NCBI GenBank assembly: GCA_965222375.1
Contig: CBDCTZ010000014.1
Span: forward strand, 640,001 to 704,000
Source: Polyangiaceae bacterium
GTDB lineage: Bacteria > Myxococcota_A > Polyangia > Polyangiales > Polyangiaceae
Direction of reading: 5' to 3'
DNA: 64,000 nucleotides
Every line of letters begins with the position of its first letter. Position 1 is the stretch's first letter. Both the position numbers and the translations under genes were made by a program. Positions 20,601 to 32,045 of this stretch are shown piece after piece. The notes below the pieces were generated by a model. That model made no database searches. It was not told the origin of the DNA and saw only the letters and a program-made list of their open reading frames with translations.

Positions 20601-21023
20601 CTAGCCGGATTTCCAATTGTCGATCAAGAGATCGTACCCAACAGATTGTACGTATTCGAAATGCGCGACGTTGCCAGTCGCGATCGGTGCGCGAGCTCGC
20701 AGAGCGATGGCAGCGATCAGCACGTCGGGCATACCGATAATGCGACCGCGCCGTTCGAGGTCGGCGTTGATTCGGCCCGCGAGACGACCGGCGGCGTCGT
20801 CGAAAGGCAAAACCTCGACCGTATCCAGGGACGCTTCAAACTGGGCGATTCGGTCCTCTCTTGCAACGCGACGAAAGCCGTAGATGACCTCAGCAACAGA
20901 AACCGCAGAGGTCGTAAAGCGTCTGTGTTCCGTCAAGTAGGCTGATGCCTTTGCAAAAACCGTCTCGTTATTGCCTTTGATGATCTCGGACAGAATATCT
21001 GTGTCGAGGAGGGCTCTAGTCAT
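20601..21023 (-). CDS. vapC: VapC PIN-domain toxin
   Basis: LLDTDILS, SVAEVIYG, DVLIAAIA, TGNVAHF. Confidence 0.92.
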   Translation of the reverse strand: MTRALLDTDILSEIIKGNNETVFAKASAYLTEHRRFTTSAVSVAEVIYGFRRVAREDRIAQFEASLDTVEVLPFDDAAGRLAGRINADLERRGRIIGMPDVLIAAIALRARAPIATGNVAHFEYVQSVGYDLLIDNWKSG

Positions 21024-21261
21024 CGACCGACCGCATGCGGGCGGCACTGCGCGCCTCGTAGGCGATAGCGCACACCCGATCTACCAAATCCGGATCGTCG
21101 GCCATGAGTCCAAGCAACGACGCCCCGCCCGCGGCAGCTTCCGAAGAATTGGGAGTGTCCTGCTCCGCCTCGCTCGACGCCCGTTCGAGCAGTCGCAGGC
21201 GCTCGTCCAGCGGCAAGCGGCGGATGGCCGCAAGCAATTCGTCGGTTTTCGGAGAGGCCAT
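21016..21261 (-). CDS. Putative antitoxin
   Basis: Small ORF overlapping the vapC start; LPLDERLRL, SLLGLMADD. Confidence 0.7.
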   Translation of the reverse strand: MASPKTDELLAAIRRLPLDERLRLLERASSEAEQDTPNSSEAAAGGASLLGLMADDPDLVDRVCAIAYEARSAARMRSVDD

Positions 21262-22143
21262 ACCCATACTATAGCAGCTGCGGGTACTGGAAGCGCGGCC
21301 GTTGACCTGGGTGTCGGCGGTCCGCCGTTTCACCCGCGCCGGTGGCGGTTGCGTGGTGCACCGCCTCCTTGGCGTCCGGCGTGAAGCAGACCCTCACGAG
21401 CCTTGCGCGAGCTGTTCGCTTTCGAGCTCTGCAAGCACTTCGTCAGCGTCGATGAGCTGGCCGGCGTCTGCTTGAGCGATGCTGCGGTCCAGGGCTCGGT
21501 GCAAAGCAGCTTGTTCCTCGTCGCTGAGGACACGAGGTCGCCGCCTAGGAAGAGTCCCCCGATCAAACGATCCTTCGCGCGTCGCTCCTGCTCCGCGTAC
21601 TCATCTCCCCGTGGTTTGACTGGCTGTTGATCTTCTTTTTCAAGGCGCTCCTGAGCACGGCGCAGCGCTTATTCGATTTCTTGCTCAGTAAGGCCTTTCT
21701 TGTCCAGCCACTTCCTGAGTTTGGCGGGAGAGCTCCCTTCGTCCAGCGCCTCCAGGACAACGCGGTCGTACTGGTTGGGCTCACCTCGCTTCTTCCTCGT
21801 CTTCTTCTGGGCCGGCAAAGGTGCAACTGCGGCTGGTGGCTCCGGTGACGAGTCGTCTTGTGCCGGCGTACCGTCCGCCGACCGCCACGGCGGTTCCTCT
21901 GACATGCTTCTTCCCTCGATTGACGGCCAGCGTTCGCCCAGTGAGTACCGGCGCTGGGCAAACGCCACGATCTAATCTAACTGTCAACCAACCCAGCGCT
22001 CAACCGCCTTGTCGTTGCAATCCGGCTGGCTCCGCAGGCGGCTTCGACGGTTTTCGACCGGGCGCAGTATCCATGTCACACTCGCACACGTCGCGTGCCA
22101 TGATGGAAACTAGCAAACAGACGTACCTGATTGCGACACGGTC

Positions 22144-22464
22144 TTGGTGCTGGAGCTTGCCGCGGCGGTGTACCTCACACTCATGACCTGGCTGTTGACC
22201 GGCTGGATGATGGACGATTCGGTTGCCTTCGGCATGACGGCGGGTCACTGGTATTTCGTCGGCGCCAAGCGGCTCTTGGTCGCGCTGGCTCTTGCGGCCG
22301 CATTTGGTGTCTTGTGCTACTTCGCGAACCGCCGCTGGGTGGCTCCGGCGCTACCATCGCATCCTGAAGTTGCAAAACGCGCGGCACTGGGCCTTGGACT
22401 ATGTAGCGCGCTGGCCGGGATCGCGGCGGCGGTTCAATTCGTGATTTCGCGCCCATTCATGTAG
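22144..22464 (+). CDS. Small membrane protein
   Basis: Three hydrophobic segments. Confidence 0.45.
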   Translation: MVLELAAAVYLTLMTWLLTGWMMDDSVAFGMTAGHWYFVGAKRLLVALALAAAFGVLCYFANRRWVAPALPSHPEVAKRAALGLGLCSALAGIAAAVQFVISRPFM

Positions 22465-22684
22465 CCGACCGGCGCCACGGGCGTCTTCGTTCAGAAAAAG
22501 ATCGCGACCTGCGCTGAGCTGCCCCCCCCTCGAGCAGCGACCCGGCGTTCGGTTCCGAAGCGTGAACCCCACTGACGCCGCGCAGTAAACAGTTTTCCAA
22601 ATACAGATCAAATGCGCGATGATCTAGTCGAGATCAAGAGGTGCTTCTGCCACGAGCAAGAGACACTTGGGGAGATGGTAGCCC

Positions 22685-23245
22685 GTGCCGAACTGCGACT
22701 TCGACGCTTGTGAAGACGACGCTGAGCGCATCGTGCGTTTCGTGTTCTCCCAAGACGGATGGTCGCTCTGGGAGCTTGCATCGCGCGCCGATAGCGAGTT
22801 GCGACAGTTCTCGACGCTAGACGAGCTACTTCGGGCGTTTGATCTGTCCGCCGAAAGTGTTCACCTCCAACTGCACACACCAGAGATGGGCGGGTGCGTG
22901 CATGCCAAGCGCATCACGTTCGATCCTCAGTCCGTGCCAGACGCGACGTTTCGGTACGACTCGAGTGGCTGGGGTTTGATTCAATTATACCTGATTGCCC
23001 CACGGAACGGACGTCTCGGCGCGTCCCACTCGAACCACAACTCTGAGCGCCGCGCACGCGGCTGGGAGCCAACGTACGACGATGAGCCCGACCGAGTTGA
23101 CGATTGGGACTGGAAGGCCGTGAGCCGGATTTCTTCCGGCCTCAACCGCTTCATTCGCAGTCAGGCAGTTGGAAAGTCGGGCAGCCGGCCGGTACTGCCC
23201 TGCGCCCAGGCGGCTGCTTCCGAGCGTCGGGTGAAGTTGCTTTGA
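22685..23245 (+). CDS. Hypothetical protein
   Basis: Protein-like 186-aa ORF (GWGLIQLYL, SHSNHNSE). Confidence 0.6.
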   Translation: MPNCDFDACEDDAERIVRFVFSQDGWSLWELASRADSELRQFSTLDELLRAFDLSAESVHLQLHTPEMGGCVHAKRITFDPQSVPDATFRYDSSGWGLIQLYLIAPRNGRLGASHSNHNSERRARGWEPTYDDEPDRVDDWDWKAVSRISSGLNRFIRSQAVGKSGSRPVLPCAQAAASERRVKLL

Positions 23246-23310
23246 CGAGCAATCAGCCGAATCCCGCAGTCGCGACCCAAGCTGCTTCTGTCTTGATAGT
23301 CTGAGGCTGC

Positions 23311-23978
23311 ATGCGGCGCGTGGTGATAGGAGTCGTGGGCGTCGGCGTGGGGGCGTTTGCGCTCTGGTTCGTGCTGCGGGACGAGCCAAGCGCCGACGCA
23401 GCGGCGCCTAAGTCGCAAACGGCTTCCCAATTCGAAGCTGACGGAGCGCAATCGAGCCACGCCCGTCCCGGCAACCCATCGAGCACGCGCGCAACCGCAC
23501 CGCCATCCAAAGCACCGCAGCGACCGTGCGAGACCGAAAACGCCGGGACGAAATGCGTGAGAAGATCTATCGAGCGTTCGGAAGGGCGCTGCCGTCATCC
23601 GGCACAGCGCCCAGTGCCACCAAGGGGAGCCACGCACCTCTACAGAAGCTCGACAAGAAGTACATTCAGGAGCGGCTCCGCGAAGACTTCAAACCCCCCG
23701 CGAAGGAGTGCTACGAGGCCGCCCTCGAACGCGACAAGAGTCTCGCGGGCAAGATGGTGATCGAATTCACTATCGTGGGAGACGAAAGTGTGGGCGGCAC
23801 CGTGGACAGCGCGACGTTGCCAGACGAAAGCACCCTCGTGGAGTCCGACTTGAGCATGCGCGTGCGCCAGTCCCTGTTGAGCATGAGCTTCGCCCCTCCA
23901 GAAAACGGCGGAATGACGACGGTGCGTATCCCGTTCTTCCTCGCACCAAGGGAGCCGGACGCGGGTGCAGCGCCCTAG
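23311..23978 (+). pseudogene. AgmX/PglI C-terminal domain membrane protein, frameshifted
   Basis: TM N-terminus in the 23311 frame; CYEAALERDKSLAGKMVIEFTI...FAPP..G..TVRIPF in the 23526 frame. Confidence 0.75.
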
Positions 23979-23989
23979 CTCAGCGGCGC

Positions 23990-24440
23990 CCGACCCGTCT
24001 CCCGGTCGGCGGCGGATGCGAGCCGTTCGCTGCATGGTCACTGCGGCGGGCTGCGCTTTTTTTTCCCCAAGGACGACCTTGCGAGGACCGTCTTTGATCA
24101 TGTCGGCGAGCAGATCGCGCTGCAAAGGCGTGAAGACGGACAGCACCGTGTCGGTGCGCTCACCGACTTCTGCGAAGCGCACGCGCAGGACTTTCACCTT
24201 CTTGGCATGATAGGCGTTGAGGACCGTGCGGAAGTCTTCACCCTCGAAGGCGTCCACGAGCTTGTGCAGCTCCTCGGACGTTGGGCGCAAGCGCTCTTTT
24301 TCGCCAAACATCTGCTTCTTGATCGCCTTGAGCTCGTCGACCTGAATGGTCGATAGCATGAGCCGTGCGGCGAGGCGTTTGATCCCGTCCTTGCGCCGCT
24401 TGTTTGCATCTGGCCGCGGACCATACTTCTTGCCGATCTC
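23990..24440 (-). pseudogene. Helical (Spy/CpxP-like) protein C-terminal fragment
   Basis: LMLSTIQVDELK...SVFTPLQRDLL; 5' end replaced by IS91 scrap. Confidence 0.4.
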
Positions 24441-24441
24441 G

Positions 24442-24480
24442 GTAGCGCAGCATGTGAAAGCGTGGGAGTGGGACTGCAGC
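24442..24480 (-). mobile_element. Short IS91 transposase scrap
   Basis: AAVPLPRFHMLRY versus SAVPPPRFHMLRY near 36680-36715. Confidence 0.6.
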
Positions 24481-24767
24481 GAGCGAAATCCACGCCACTC
24501 GTACCGGTTGCAGCTCCCACACACGCAGATGCCGACGCCTGCGACACCACTCGCAACGCAGACGACAGCACAGTCACGACCTGTCGCGAAACCAAGAGCC
24601 GTGCCACCGAGTGCTTCGGCAGAGCCGAAGGCGGAGTCTGGTGCAGGCGTGGCTTCACCGCAGCCTGTGCCGAAACCCGCGCCATCGGATCCGGAAACTT
24701 CATCTTCGGGTCCTGATGAGTTGATTTTCTGGCGAATGGCGGTTTCGAGTTTGCGACCGAAAGCGAC

Positions 24768-25052
24768 GGCCCTGCGCCGGGTCTCGAAGAAACGGTCGAT
24801 GACGGACTCGGTGGCCTATCCCCACCAAAAAAAGGAATGAATTGGTAGTCAGGTCAGGACTTTTCATGAAACGGGCGAACTCCGAGAGCATGAGCCCGAT
24901 GTGGGCCTTCAGGTCGTTGTTGGCGTTGCCCGGGTATTCGTGGCTGCAGCCCTTGTCGCCGTCAGCGCCGTGCCTGGACTGGTCGTCGAAGTTGTAGTCC
25001 ATGGCGCCCGACTTGTCGTTGCCCTCGAGGCGGATGCGCTCGCCGGCGGCTT
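24768..25052. repeat. Array repeat copy E: motif, DUF1552 stop region and internally deleted DUF1552 fragment
   Basis: tcaggtcaggactt, then AAGERIRLEG..SGAMDYNFDDQSRHG..GDKGCSHE..NNDLKAHI.LML.EFARF. Confidence 0.92.
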
Positions 25053-25493
25053 CAACGCCTGCATTCAGCAAGGTACGACTTACTGCCACGAATTCCTGCG
25101 CTGCTCAAACGGCGTCTGACCGTCTTGCCACGACTTCCGCCGTCGTGCCTCTACGCTCCGCAAAGGTCAGGTGCATGTTCCGAACTCACTGAAGCAGCGT
25201 TATCGGTGAGCCGGAACTCGTGCGAGCAGGCGTGATGCAAACGACGCTGTGGAGGAAGGGCGTGCTGCACTACGGAGCCGTTGGAGGTTGCCGGGCATGC
25301 TGCTCCCGTGGTGTCCAGATCTAGTGAACGTCAGAATTGGCCAGGGCTATAGGCGCCGCAGGCCAGTATTCGGGAAGACTGGCTTTCTGGAGTCTCAACT
25401 CAGATCGGGCGTTTGCCGCCAATTGCCGCTAAAGGAATCGTTGATGTGGTCGTTGGCTCTTCTTGTGCTGGAGGCACGATGGAGGAGTAGCGC

Positions 25494-27440
25494 ATGCAGA
25501 CAAACGTCCCCACCGACCTACCAACAAATGGCTCAGCGTCGCCCCTTTCGGCCGTCGACACTCAGGGCTCAAATGGGGGAGCACGTGTGCGCGATTTGCT
25601 GGAAAACGCCCCGATCAGCGTGACATTTGCCGATGCTCAAGGAACCATTCGCTACCTCAATCAGGCTGCAAGAGAGATGTTCTCAGAGCTGGAGCAGCAC
25701 TTGGCGTGCGAAGGTAACGAGGTTGTTGGGGCATCGTTCGACGTCTTCTGTAATAAGGCTGGGCTGTTCCACCGTCTCGCCGGGGGCTCTATCAACCTGT
25801 CTGAGGAGGTGTCGATCCACCTTGGTCCTGAGCAATTTACCTTGCAATTCACCGCTGTCCATGACGAGCGAGGGCATTCCTTAGGGTGGATGGCGACTTG
25901 GACGTCGGTTACCGAAAAGCTTCGTATGGAAGCGGAGGTGGCGCGGCTCAGTAGCATGCTGAATAACTCACCGATCAATGTAATATTCGCCGACCCTCAG
26001 GGCACGATCCGCTACCTCAATGAGGCCTCCCGCCGAACACTGGAGCGACTCGAGGAGCATCTGCCCTGCAGAGCAAAAGAGGTCCTTGGTCGATCGTTTG
26101 ATATCTTCCACGAAAAGCCTACTCCCATCAATCGGCTGTTGGGTGACCCAAACAACCTTCCCCATGAAGCAGTGATCAGTCTTGGTTCGGAGAAACTGGA
26201 GCTGCTGGTCACAGCCGTTCTCGATAGCAAGGGAAGCTACCTCGGGCCGATGCTCACCTGGACGGTGGTGACCGAGAAGCTCCGTGTTGAAACGGAGATG
26301 GCGCAGGTCCGCAACATGATGGAAAACGCACCGACCAAGGTGATCTTTGCCCAGCCCGACGGAACGATTACCTACATGAATCAAGCGTCACGTACGATGT
26401 TGAGTTCGCTCGAGCAGCACTTGCCGTGCGCTGTAGATGAAATTCTGGGCAGCTCATTCGACGTTTTCCACAAGAATCCCGCGCACCAACGTCGACTAGT
26501 GGCCGATCCGAAAAACCTTCCCCACCGAGCGGAGATTCGGATTGGTCCTGAGAATGTGCAGCTCCTGGTCAACGCGATTCACGATCAACAAAACAACTAC
26601 CTCGGTCCCATGTTGACTTGGGAAGTGATCACCGAGAGACGACGTCTAGAATCCGCTGTGCTCGACAATGCGACGACACTCACGGCGGCTGCTGAGGAGC
26701 TCTCCGCCACCGCCGAGATGATGCTCAAGAATGCCATGGACACTGAGTCGCGCGGCATGGACACGGCCGCCGAGTCGGAGCAAGTCAGTGCCAACATTCA
26801 GACCGTCGCCGCGGGTGCTGAGGAGATGAGTGTCAGCATCAAGGAGATCGCACGCAATGCGTCTGAAGCCGCGCAGGTGGCAGGCCAGGCCGTGGCCTCG
26901 GCTGAAACCACTACTCATACGGTCTCTAGACTTGGCGAGAGCGGCGCTGAGATTGGCAAAGTGATCAAGGTGATCACGTCGGTTGCTCAGCAGACCAACT
27001 TGCTGGCTCTGAACGCCACCATCGAGGCCGCGCGCGCCGGGGAGGCTGGCAAGGGTTTCGCTGTCGTAGCCAACGAGGTCAAGGAACTTGCCAAAGAAAC
27101 GGCCAGAGCAACCGAAGACATCAGCCAAAAGATCGAGGCCATACAGTCGAATACGAGCAACGCCATTGACGCAATTGGCGAAATCTCAAAGACCGTCAAT
27201 CGCATCAGCGATATCCAGAACACCATCGCCAGTGCCGTTGAAGAACAGTCTGTTACAACCAACGAGATCACTCGTAGCATAGGCGAGGCTTCTCGCGGCA
27301 GTGCGAGTATCACGAGCAACGTCAAGGCCGTTGCTGAAGCGGCTAGCCAGACATCTGAAGGGGCACGTGGTACCGAGACCGCCGCTATGTCGCTTTCCCG
27401 ACTGGCCACTGAGCTACAGCAGCTCGTTGCGGACGAATGA
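25494..27440 (+). CDS. Soluble methyl-accepting chemotaxis protein with three PAS domains (Aer2-like)
   Basis: 3x NAP..V.FAD..GTI.YLN repeats, [37 protein letters not shown]; no TM helices. Confidence 0.93.
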   Translation: MQTNVPTDLPTNGSASPLSAVDTQGSNGGARVRDLLENAPISVTFADAQGTIRYLNQAAREMFSELEQHLACEGNEVVGASFDVFCNKAGLFHRLAGGSINLSEEVSIHLGPEQFTLQFTAVHDERGHSLGWMATWTSVTEKLRMEAEVARLSSMLNNSPINVIFADPQGTIRYLNEASRRTLERLEEHLPCRAKEVLGRSFDIFHEKPTPINRLLGDPNNLPHEAVISLGSEKLELLVTAVLDSKGSYLGPMLTWTVVTEKLRVETEMAQVRNMMENAPTKVIFAQPDGTITYMNQASRTMLSSLEQHLPCAVDEILGSSFDVFHKNPAHQRRLVADPKNLPHRAEIRIGPENVQLLVNAIHDQQNNYLGPMLTWEVITERRRLESAVLDNATTLTAAAEELSATAEMMLKNAMDTESRGMDTAAESEQVSANIQTVAAGAEEMSVSIKEIARNASEAAQVAGQAVASAETTTHTVSRLGESGAEIGKVIKVITSVAQQTNLLALNATIEAARAGEAGKGFAVVANEVKELAKETARATEDISQKIEAIQSNTSNAIDAIGEISKTVNRISDIQNTIASAVEEQSVTTNEITRSIGEASRGSASITSNVKAVAEAASQTSEGARGTETAAMSLSRLATELQQLVADE

Positions 27441-27594
27441 AGCAATGCTCGTGGACGGGAACCAGGTGGAGTTCCAGTCTCGTCTCGAAACGAGCACTGC
27501 CGAACTGCTCGAGGGCGTTCAGACCACAGGGTCGACGTTAGAGGTGACGTCGACGCGACTACCGATCGGTTCGACGATGCGACCGACCCCTTGA

Positions 27595-28872
27595 TTGAAA
27601 TGGTGGATCACCTTGGCGAAACAGCTCAGTCACGGTAGCAGCGAAGCCTCCGATTGGTTGCTCGCAACGCTGATCTTCTCCAGCGTTGTTTCGAGCACGT
27701 TGTTGATACCCATCCTTCGCCCCTTCTTTGCCAATTCCCACCCCGATAGCGAGTGGGCGATGCACGCTTTCATGAGTGTGAACATGCTAGGCGGCATTTT
27801 GGGGGCACCTATGCTTGGCGCCATAGCCGATCGGGTCGGCCAACGCAGGCAGATGATTGTTGGTCTCGCAGTTCTCGACGGAATATTTCTCATCGCCAGC
27901 ACGCTTCCGCTGTCGGTGTACTCCGTGTTGGTTGCACGCACTCTGCAGGGGGCAGTCAATATAGGAGGATTGTCGATTCTGCTGGGCCTGATGGCTGGCC
28001 GCGCTTCTGTTCGGAGTGGCCGCACGATGGGCTTGGCAGGGGCCGCGATGATGTTGGCGGTTGCGGCTGGCTCCCCCCTTGGAACGCTGCTGCTCGAGCT
28101 TGGACCGGTTGTGGCGATGCGCTGCGCCGGGCTCATTCCACTAGTAGTCGCCGTCGTTTGCGCAATCGTAGCATTGCCTCGTAGGCCGCCCGCGCGGCAT
28201 GTCACAGTGCGCTCAGTGCTGCGGGACGCGCCTCTCCTCAAGCTACCGGTGGCATGGGTGAGCGTGGAGCGTTTCGTAGTAGGGTGTTTCGTCGTCACTT
28301 TCGCGCTATATGCACACCGCGCGCTCGGGCTCAGCGACTCACGTATTGGTTTGTTGTTCAGTTGTTTCTTGATGCCTTTCGCGCTGGCAACGTATCCCAT
28401 GGGGCGACTTGCGGAACGGTTCAATCGTGCTGGGCTCATTGGAATCGGCATGGTCGTCTATGGCGTGAGCTTCCTCGCCCTTGGGCTGGTCCCCGCCCCG
28501 CTGCTACCAGCGATCATGGTAGCGGCAGGATTGGCTTCCGCCGCGATCTATGCTCCCTGTTTGTGTTACGCGTCCAGCCTTGTGGCGCCGGAAGTTCGCA
28601 CCACGAGCATGTCCTTGCTGAACGCGGGTGGAAGTCTGGGAATGATGCTCGGCACGGCCCTGGGCGGGGTAGTCTCGGCCGGTCTGCTTTCTGCCGGGTA
28701 TGCCGCCGACTTTACCTATCCTGCAGTCTTTGTTGGAGCAGGTTTGATTCAGCTTCTCACGCTGTCGTTGTCCATCCGGGGTCTGAGAGCCCTTGCTACC
28801 CGTGGGGGGGCCAAGAATTCCCCTAGACAGGCTTGCTATGTCGTTGATGTATCCGAACCCGCTGCAGGTTGA
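27595..28872 (+). CDS. MFS transporter
   Basis: About 12 TM helices; GAIADRVGQRR and GRLAERFNR motifs. Confidence 0.9.
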   Translation: MKWWITLAKQLSHGSSEASDWLLATLIFSSVVSSTLLIPILRPFFANSHPDSEWAMHAFMSVNMLGGILGAPMLGAIADRVGQRRQMIVGLAVLDGIFLIASTLPLSVYSVLVARTLQGAVNIGGLSILLGLMAGRASVRSGRTMGLAGAAMMLAVAAGSPLGTLLLELGPVVAMRCAGLIPLVVAVVCAIVALPRRPPARHVTVRSVLRDAPLLKLPVAWVSVERFVVGCFVVTFALYAHRALGLSDSRIGLLFSCFLMPFALATYPMGRLAERFNRAGLIGIGMVVYGVSFLALGLVPAPLLPAIMVAAGLASAAIYAPCLCYASSLVAPEVRTTSMSLLNAGGSLGMMLGTALGGVVSAGLLSAGYAADFTYPAVFVGAGLIQLLTLSLSIRGLRALATRGGAKNSPRQACYVVDVSEPAAG

Positions 28873-28934
28873 CTAGCGAGGACCGTTTTCGTTGACGGCG
28901 TCCGGAGACCCGAAAGTCACTCACGCCCGTAGCG

Positions 28935-30010
28935 GGGCAATGTCCCGTTCGCTGTTGATCTGAGCTGAAGGCAAGGGTGGCGGTCCTCGTTGGAACCCGA
29001 GACCATCTCGGGATGAGAACCAACGAAAGGAACCGCCATGAAGAAGAGTGCCAGAGAGAAGAAGAGGAACCAAGTCCAGCGTGTGTCGGAGCAGCGAATG
29101 CTCCATTTGGCAGCTGTCATCCGCCGAGACCTGTACGGCTTTGTCATTGAACAGGGCCTGCAGGCTTTGGATCACATGCTCGAAGAAGGCCGTAGGCGTC
29201 TGTGTGGCCCGGTGAAGGCGAAGGGTCGTTTGGGTGCACCGGTGCGGTGGGGTCTCTCAACGAGCGCACGGTTGAGCAACTCGTGCTCGGTGTTTCGACA
29301 CGCGGTTACCAACGGTCCGTCGAAGAGCTGCCTGACGAGCTTGGTCCGCATTGGGCCTGGTAGCCATCATGCTCGACGGCATCGAGGTCGATGAGCAGAG
29401 GGTCATCGTCGCTTTGGGTTTTGACGAAAGCGGCACCAAACACCCTCTGGGCGTCTGGATGGGTGCGACCGAGAACACAGTCGTTTGCGGTGAGCTACTC
29501 GACGACTTGATCCAACGTGGCCTCGACCCTCACAAGGGCTACCTCTTCGTCATCGACGGAAGCAAGGCGCTACGAGCTGCGATTCGAGAGCGCTTCGGAC
29601 GCCGGGCACTCGTGCAGCGCTGCCAGGAACACAAGCGACGCAATGTGCTCAGCCATCTGCCGAAGAGGCTGCATCCGAGCGTCGCCACTACAATGAGGAA
29701 CGCCTATCGGAGCCGCTCGAAAGCGACCGCGAAACGAAGGCTACTCCAACTTGCAGCACACCTGGCAGCAGATCACCCGGACGCCGTAGCCTCACTCAAG
29801 GAGGGGCTCGACGAGACGCTGACACTCAAAGACCTTGGCCTTCCACCGTGGCTCGAGCGCACGCTGTCGACGACGAACTCGATCGAAAACGTAAACGGGC
29901 GGATGCGCAGCATCTTGCGTAAGGTGAAACGCTGGCGCGACGGGGCGATGATCAAGCGCTGGGTGCTACCGCCCTTCTCGAAGCTGAGCGTGGCTTCCGC
30001 CCGTCCGACG
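28935..30010 (+). pseudogene. IS256-family element, copy 2 (two internal deletions, right end missing)
   Basis: Left IR gggcaatgtcccgttcgctgttgatc; ATG 29038; MLDG, IDGSKAL, QRCQEHKRRN, STTNSIEN. Confidence 0.88.
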
Positions 30011-30133
30011 TGATGGGTTCGGATCTTCGCAGGAATCATCGCGCCCGAACCTAAGGCGCTCGCTAGCGAACCGCCACCCGGCGCGCCGGGTGCCACAGTC
30101 GGGGCGGGCAGTGAGTCTCGATTCGCCGCGCGC

Positions 30134-31345
30134 TTAGTTTTTGGCGCAGGCCAGACGGGTCACGAACATCTTCGATGAACCATTGCCGTGGGCGACCAGC
30201 ATGCGACCGCTCGTCGGGTCCACTAGGAGCCCAAACGAGGCTTCATGTCCGCCCTCGATGTATCCCTCGTACAGTTCGCGTTCCGCCAACACCTTGCCCG
30301 TGGCGTCGAAAACTCGCACCCAAGCCGTCGACGGCGTGACGTTCATGCGGAGTCGAACCAGCGCAAACGGTCCACTGGCGCCAAACGCTTTCACCGCGAA
30401 CGGCCCCGGAGCGTCGGTCCCGCCAAACGAAATCGGCTCCGAAAGCGGTTGCCCGTTCAAGTCGAAGTGCCGGCCAAAAATCGGAGCCTGGAGCCCCCCC
30501 TCTCGCCTGTAGGTCCAGAAGAGCCAGGCGCCGTTTTCGACGGGCACCAGGGAAAGATGATCAACGCCGACCTCGACCGCCCAGGGCAGGGGGCTGCGTT
30601 GGGTGAACACGTGACCAACGGACGAATCAACCTTTGACAGTTCAATCAGTGAGTCCGACACACCGGAGCAATTCTCGGCGGTGCTCGATGCCATCAACCA
30701 CCCAGCCCCCGCAGGGATCGCGTCGGCATTCAACAACTCGGCACCGCAGGACGACGTTGAGATTGGACTGAACTCCGCATCGAACGGCTGCTGCGCCCGG
30801 CCGACGATCAGGCGATTGTAGTTGCCGGTTTCGGTGTGGTAGCCGACCAACGTCTCAGAACCATTCCGAGAAATAAACGACGGAAAGCCGTCCGAGTCCG
30901 CAATCGTGCTCGCCGGATAGGCGCCGGGCCCCCATGTCGGCGAAAGCCACAGTCCGCCCTGCCGGCGCCCAAACACGGAGTACACGCCCTCGCCGGGCGC
31001 CTCGCCAACGACGAATTGCTCGGTTTCTTCACTGATGAATCGATCCTTCAATTCCGCCGTCGACCAATCCGCCCACGGAACGAATAGGTTGTGCCCGAGC
31101 CGAGGGAGCGCGGAATTCGGGGTCTCCCGGTACACCACGGCTGCCTGCCGGGGCCCCACCATCGTCAGTTTTGGTTGCCCGATCTCAAACGCTGTGGGGA
31201 CCCGTCTCGATCCTTCGTGAGTGAGCGTTTCGCAGGACAGCGGATCCACGGGGTTGACCCCTCCGTCTTCGCGGACGGCCCCCCCACAAGCGGTCGCTGC
31301 CGCTCCGAACGCGACCGCAACAACTGACATTCTCAAGAATTGCAT
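30134..31345 (-). CDS. Hypothetical lipoprotein (beta-rich)
   Basis: ATACGG lipobox; about 400-aa ORF. Confidence 0.75.
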   Translation of the reverse strand: MQFLRMSVVAVAFGAAATACGGAVREDGGVNPVDPLSCETLTHEGSRRVPTAFEIGQPKLTMVGPRQAAVVYRETPNSALPRLGHNLFVPWADWSTAELKDRFISEETEQFVVGEAPGEGVYSVFGRRQGGLWLSPTWGPGAYPASTIADSDGFPSFISRNGSETLVGYHTETGNYNRLIVGRAQQPFDAEFSPISTSSCGAELLNADAIPAGAGWLMASSTAENCSGVSDSLIELSKVDSSVGHVFTQRSPLPWAVEVGVDHLSLVPVENGAWLFWTYRREGGLQAPIFGRHFDLNGQPLSEPISFGGTDAPGPFAVKAFGASGPFALVRLRMNVTPSTAWVRVFDATGKVLAERELYEGYIEGGHEASFGLLVDPTSGRMLVAHGNGSSKMFVTRLACAKN

Positions 31346-31477
31346 GGGCCCGCGCAACGCAACTCGTGTGCCATGGCCGTTGGATTGTTATGGCGCTTCC
31401 GGAGGTGTCCCAGGGTTGAGTGCCAAGTGGCACAGCGTGGGCCATTCGAGACAGATCGATCTGAACCACGCGCTCCG

Positions 31478-31660
31478 TCAAAAGCACAGGCCACCAAACC
31501 AGCACTGCTTTCCGTCGGGACAGTCACTGGTCTGCCGGCACTGAACGCAGCGCCGAATATTCGGGTCGCGCACGCGAAGGAGCGGGTTGCTGGAGCAGTG
31601 ACTGTCCTCGAGGCACTCCACGCACCGTTGCAAGGTTGGGTCGCAGCGCGTCTGGCAGCG
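31478..31660 (-). pseudogene. C-terminal fragment of a Cys-rich protein
   Basis: CVECLEDSHC...CVQCRQTSDCPDGKQC. Confidence 0.5.
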
Positions 31661-31975
31661 CTCGTCTCGGGGTGCGCTGCAGCGCCTGCGCCAAAGGCCG
31701 CGCCTTCGCCGCCTCCCGCCGCCTCGCACGTTGCGCCGCCTGCCCAGCCTGTGCACGCGCAACAGAAAGAGCCGTGTACGGAAGCCGTGCTGAACTGTAG
31801 GTGCCCGGGTCTAGAGGCCGAGCAGTGCGAGAGCATCTGTCACGCGGGAGATCTCGACGCTTGCGTCGACGCTGGCTACATCCGTGAAGCACTCGGTTAT
31901 GGCGGGGCGGCAGACCGTCTTTTTGAGAAAGCTTGTGCGGGGAACCTTGCGCGTGGGTGTTTGGCCCATGGCGCT
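31640..31975 (+). pseudogene. Sel1-like repeat lipoprotein fragment
   Basis: LVSGC lipobox, GDLDAC, LFEKACAGNLARGC. Confidence 0.45.
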
Positions 31976-32045
31976 AGCCCGGATGATTCATTAGGGTGTC
32001 GTCGGGAGCTGGGATTTTGGTATTGGCTGCCCCCACCACCATCCG

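Noticed and set aside
21330..21905. Possible stop-interrupted small gene
   Set aside because: Protein-like but with no recognisable family; too weak to call.
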